Assembly: GCF_009914755.1 (NCBI RefSeq)
Contig: NC_060931.1
From: the human T2T-CHM13v2.0 reference genome, Homo sapiens
Strand: one strand, 5' to 3'
DNA length: 64,000 nt
A program made the translations under genes and the position numbers. Positions 62,800-64,000 of this stretch are shown here, in pieces; positions within the stretch are counted from its first letter, which is position 1, and each line of letters begins with the position of its first letter. Below the pieces are notes generated by a model. The model saw only the letters and a program-made list of their open reading frames with translations. It searched no databases and was not told the origin of the DNA.

Positions 62800-63660
62800 A
62801 ATGACCCGCTCTGGGGGTCAAGGGGTCGGGCCCCCACTGCAGAGCCTGGAAAGGCAAAGACCCCCGAGGCTGCGCTCCCCTCGCCCTTCGTGTCGGGTCC
62901 TGCCCCACCCGGCAGCTCCTGGGACCCGCTGTGCGGCCCAGGGCTGGGGGCCCAGGCTGCCCCTGCTGAGAAGCCAGGTGCGCGTTCAGCCCCCGGGAGT
63001 CTCTCCGAGGCTCTGTGCGCCTCATTCCTCCACGGCGTCACTTTTTAAAAAGATAATTGCTAATTATGTATTTTAAAATGTTAGCTTCCACGGACCGAAT
63101 GTTTCCCTTTCTGTTTAGAGTGGGGTTCCTAACCTCCTTCCAGAATAGCTCAAGGTCCCCAGTGCAGCCGCTTTGAAACAAAACCACTTGGTAACAGGAG
63201 CGCAGGACTATGGCGAAACCGCCAGGAAAGCTTCCTAAAGAGCTCAAACAAAACAAAACAAACCTTGGAAAGCTCAAGAAAAGCATCGTGGGTGACACCA
63301 GAATCTGGGACTTCATTCATTCATACATTCATTCATTCATTTTTAAAGAGGGTCGTTGGGAAGGAAAAGGGGAGGGGACGCCGGGCTGCAGGGCTCCTCG
63401 CAGGACACACGCTCCCCCTCCACGGGGAACCGGGGGTGGGGGCGCGGGCGTGGGGGGCCGCGCCAGCCCTGCGTGGGGTCCGGGACCACCGAACCGCGGG
63501 GACCCCTGATCCCGGGGGGGCCACTGAATTCCAAGGGGCCCCCGCCCGCCCGGCCCCACCCCCGCGGCGGGTTGCCTCTTCCTTCTTAAGAGGACGTCCC
63601 CTCCCGCTCTAGACGTCCTGGCCCTGTGAGACTGAGGCCCCGCCGGGGGCACCGTGGGAG
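62800..63660. promoter_or_regulatory. CpG-rich island upstream of RNY3 (two GC-rich blocks)
   Basis: GC/CpG-dense blocks at about 62800-63040 and 63350-63660, with GC boxes (CCCGCCC) and G-runs. Confidence 0.75.
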
Positions 63661-63692
63661 TCTTTGATGGATGTGGCTGATGCAGGGTTTCC

Positions 63693-63716
63693 ATGCAAAT
63701 CACCCACAATGCTTTG
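63693..63716 (+). promoter_or_regulatory. RNY3 distal sequence element: perfect octamer abutting an SPH/ZNF143 site
   Basis: ATGCAAAT (63693-63700) immediately followed by CACCCACAATGCTTTG, at about -242 to -219. Confidence 0.88.
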
Positions 63717-63867
63717 AGCAGGGTTGCCCGAGCTCCTTTAATGTCACTGAAGAGAGAAGGACCTTTTTCTTACAAAGTCTATGTGTTTAACAGTTTTATT
63801 TTTTAAACATATGCTTTCTATTTGGGGTGTATTTATACTCTTCCTTTTTTTTAGCTCCTGTGAATAG

Positions 63868-63911
63868 TCACCGTAACTATGGTAGAGATGGAACTTTCGA
63901 GGCTTATATAA
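63868..63911 (+). promoter_or_regulatory. RNY3 core promoter: PSE (63868-63885) and TATA (63904-63911)
   Basis: TCACCGTAACTATGGTAG at -67; TTATATAA at -31. Confidence 0.88.
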
Positions 63912-63934
63912 GTAGCAGCGTGCCTTTGTGTTTC

Positions 63935-64000
63935 GGCTGGTCCGAGTGCAGTGGTGTTTACAACTAATTGATCACAACCAGTTACAGATTTCTTTGTTCC
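63935..64000 (+). ncRNA. RNY3: Y3 RNA, 5' 66 nt (truncated by window end)
   Basis: GGCTGGTCCGAGTGCAGTGGTGTTTACAACTAATTGATCACAACCAGTTACAGATTTCTTTGTTCC matches the 5' part of human Y3, with a full type-3 promoter upstream. Confidence 0.97.

Noticed and set aside
62711-63709. GC-rich ORFs upstream of RNY3
   Set aside because: CpG-island composition artefact; low-complexity Pro/Gly/Arg/Ala peptides in several frames.
63935-64000. RNY1, and the alternative that these Y sequences are retropseudogenes
   Set aside because: No Y1 sequence is seen in the window (it is expected beyond the right edge). All three Y copies have upstream promoters, and the two complete ones lack A-tails and TSDs.

Overview
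Human, Alu-dense, non-coding DNA containing three of the four canonical Y RNA genes, all on the + strand: RNY5 (21725-21808), RNY4 (43494-43589) and RNY3 (starts 63935, cut by the window end). This identifies the window, from recalled Y RNA sequences, as the Y RNA cluster at 7q36.1 (EZH2-PDIA4 interval). Each gene has a recognisable type-3 Pol III upstream promoter (SPH/octamer distal element, PSE, TATA). No protein-coding gene is supported: the ORF track is almost all Alu/LTR/L1 translation. The rest is roughly 85-90 Alu copies or fragments (manual count, including a human-specific AluYb8), a solo LTR12C inside an Alu, MaLR and ERV1 LTRs, MER2 and MADE1 DNA elements, old L1/L2/MIR pieces and a 1.35-kb AT-rich minisatellite. 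The most unusual sequence-level observation is a 156-bp inverted copy of unique DNA (35112-35267) pasted into an Alu at 36346-36501, with template-switch-like junctions. I see no convincing new multi-gene system; the central system is the known Y RNA locus. Repeat subfamily names come from memory of consensus sequences and need RepeatMasker/Dfam confirmation.
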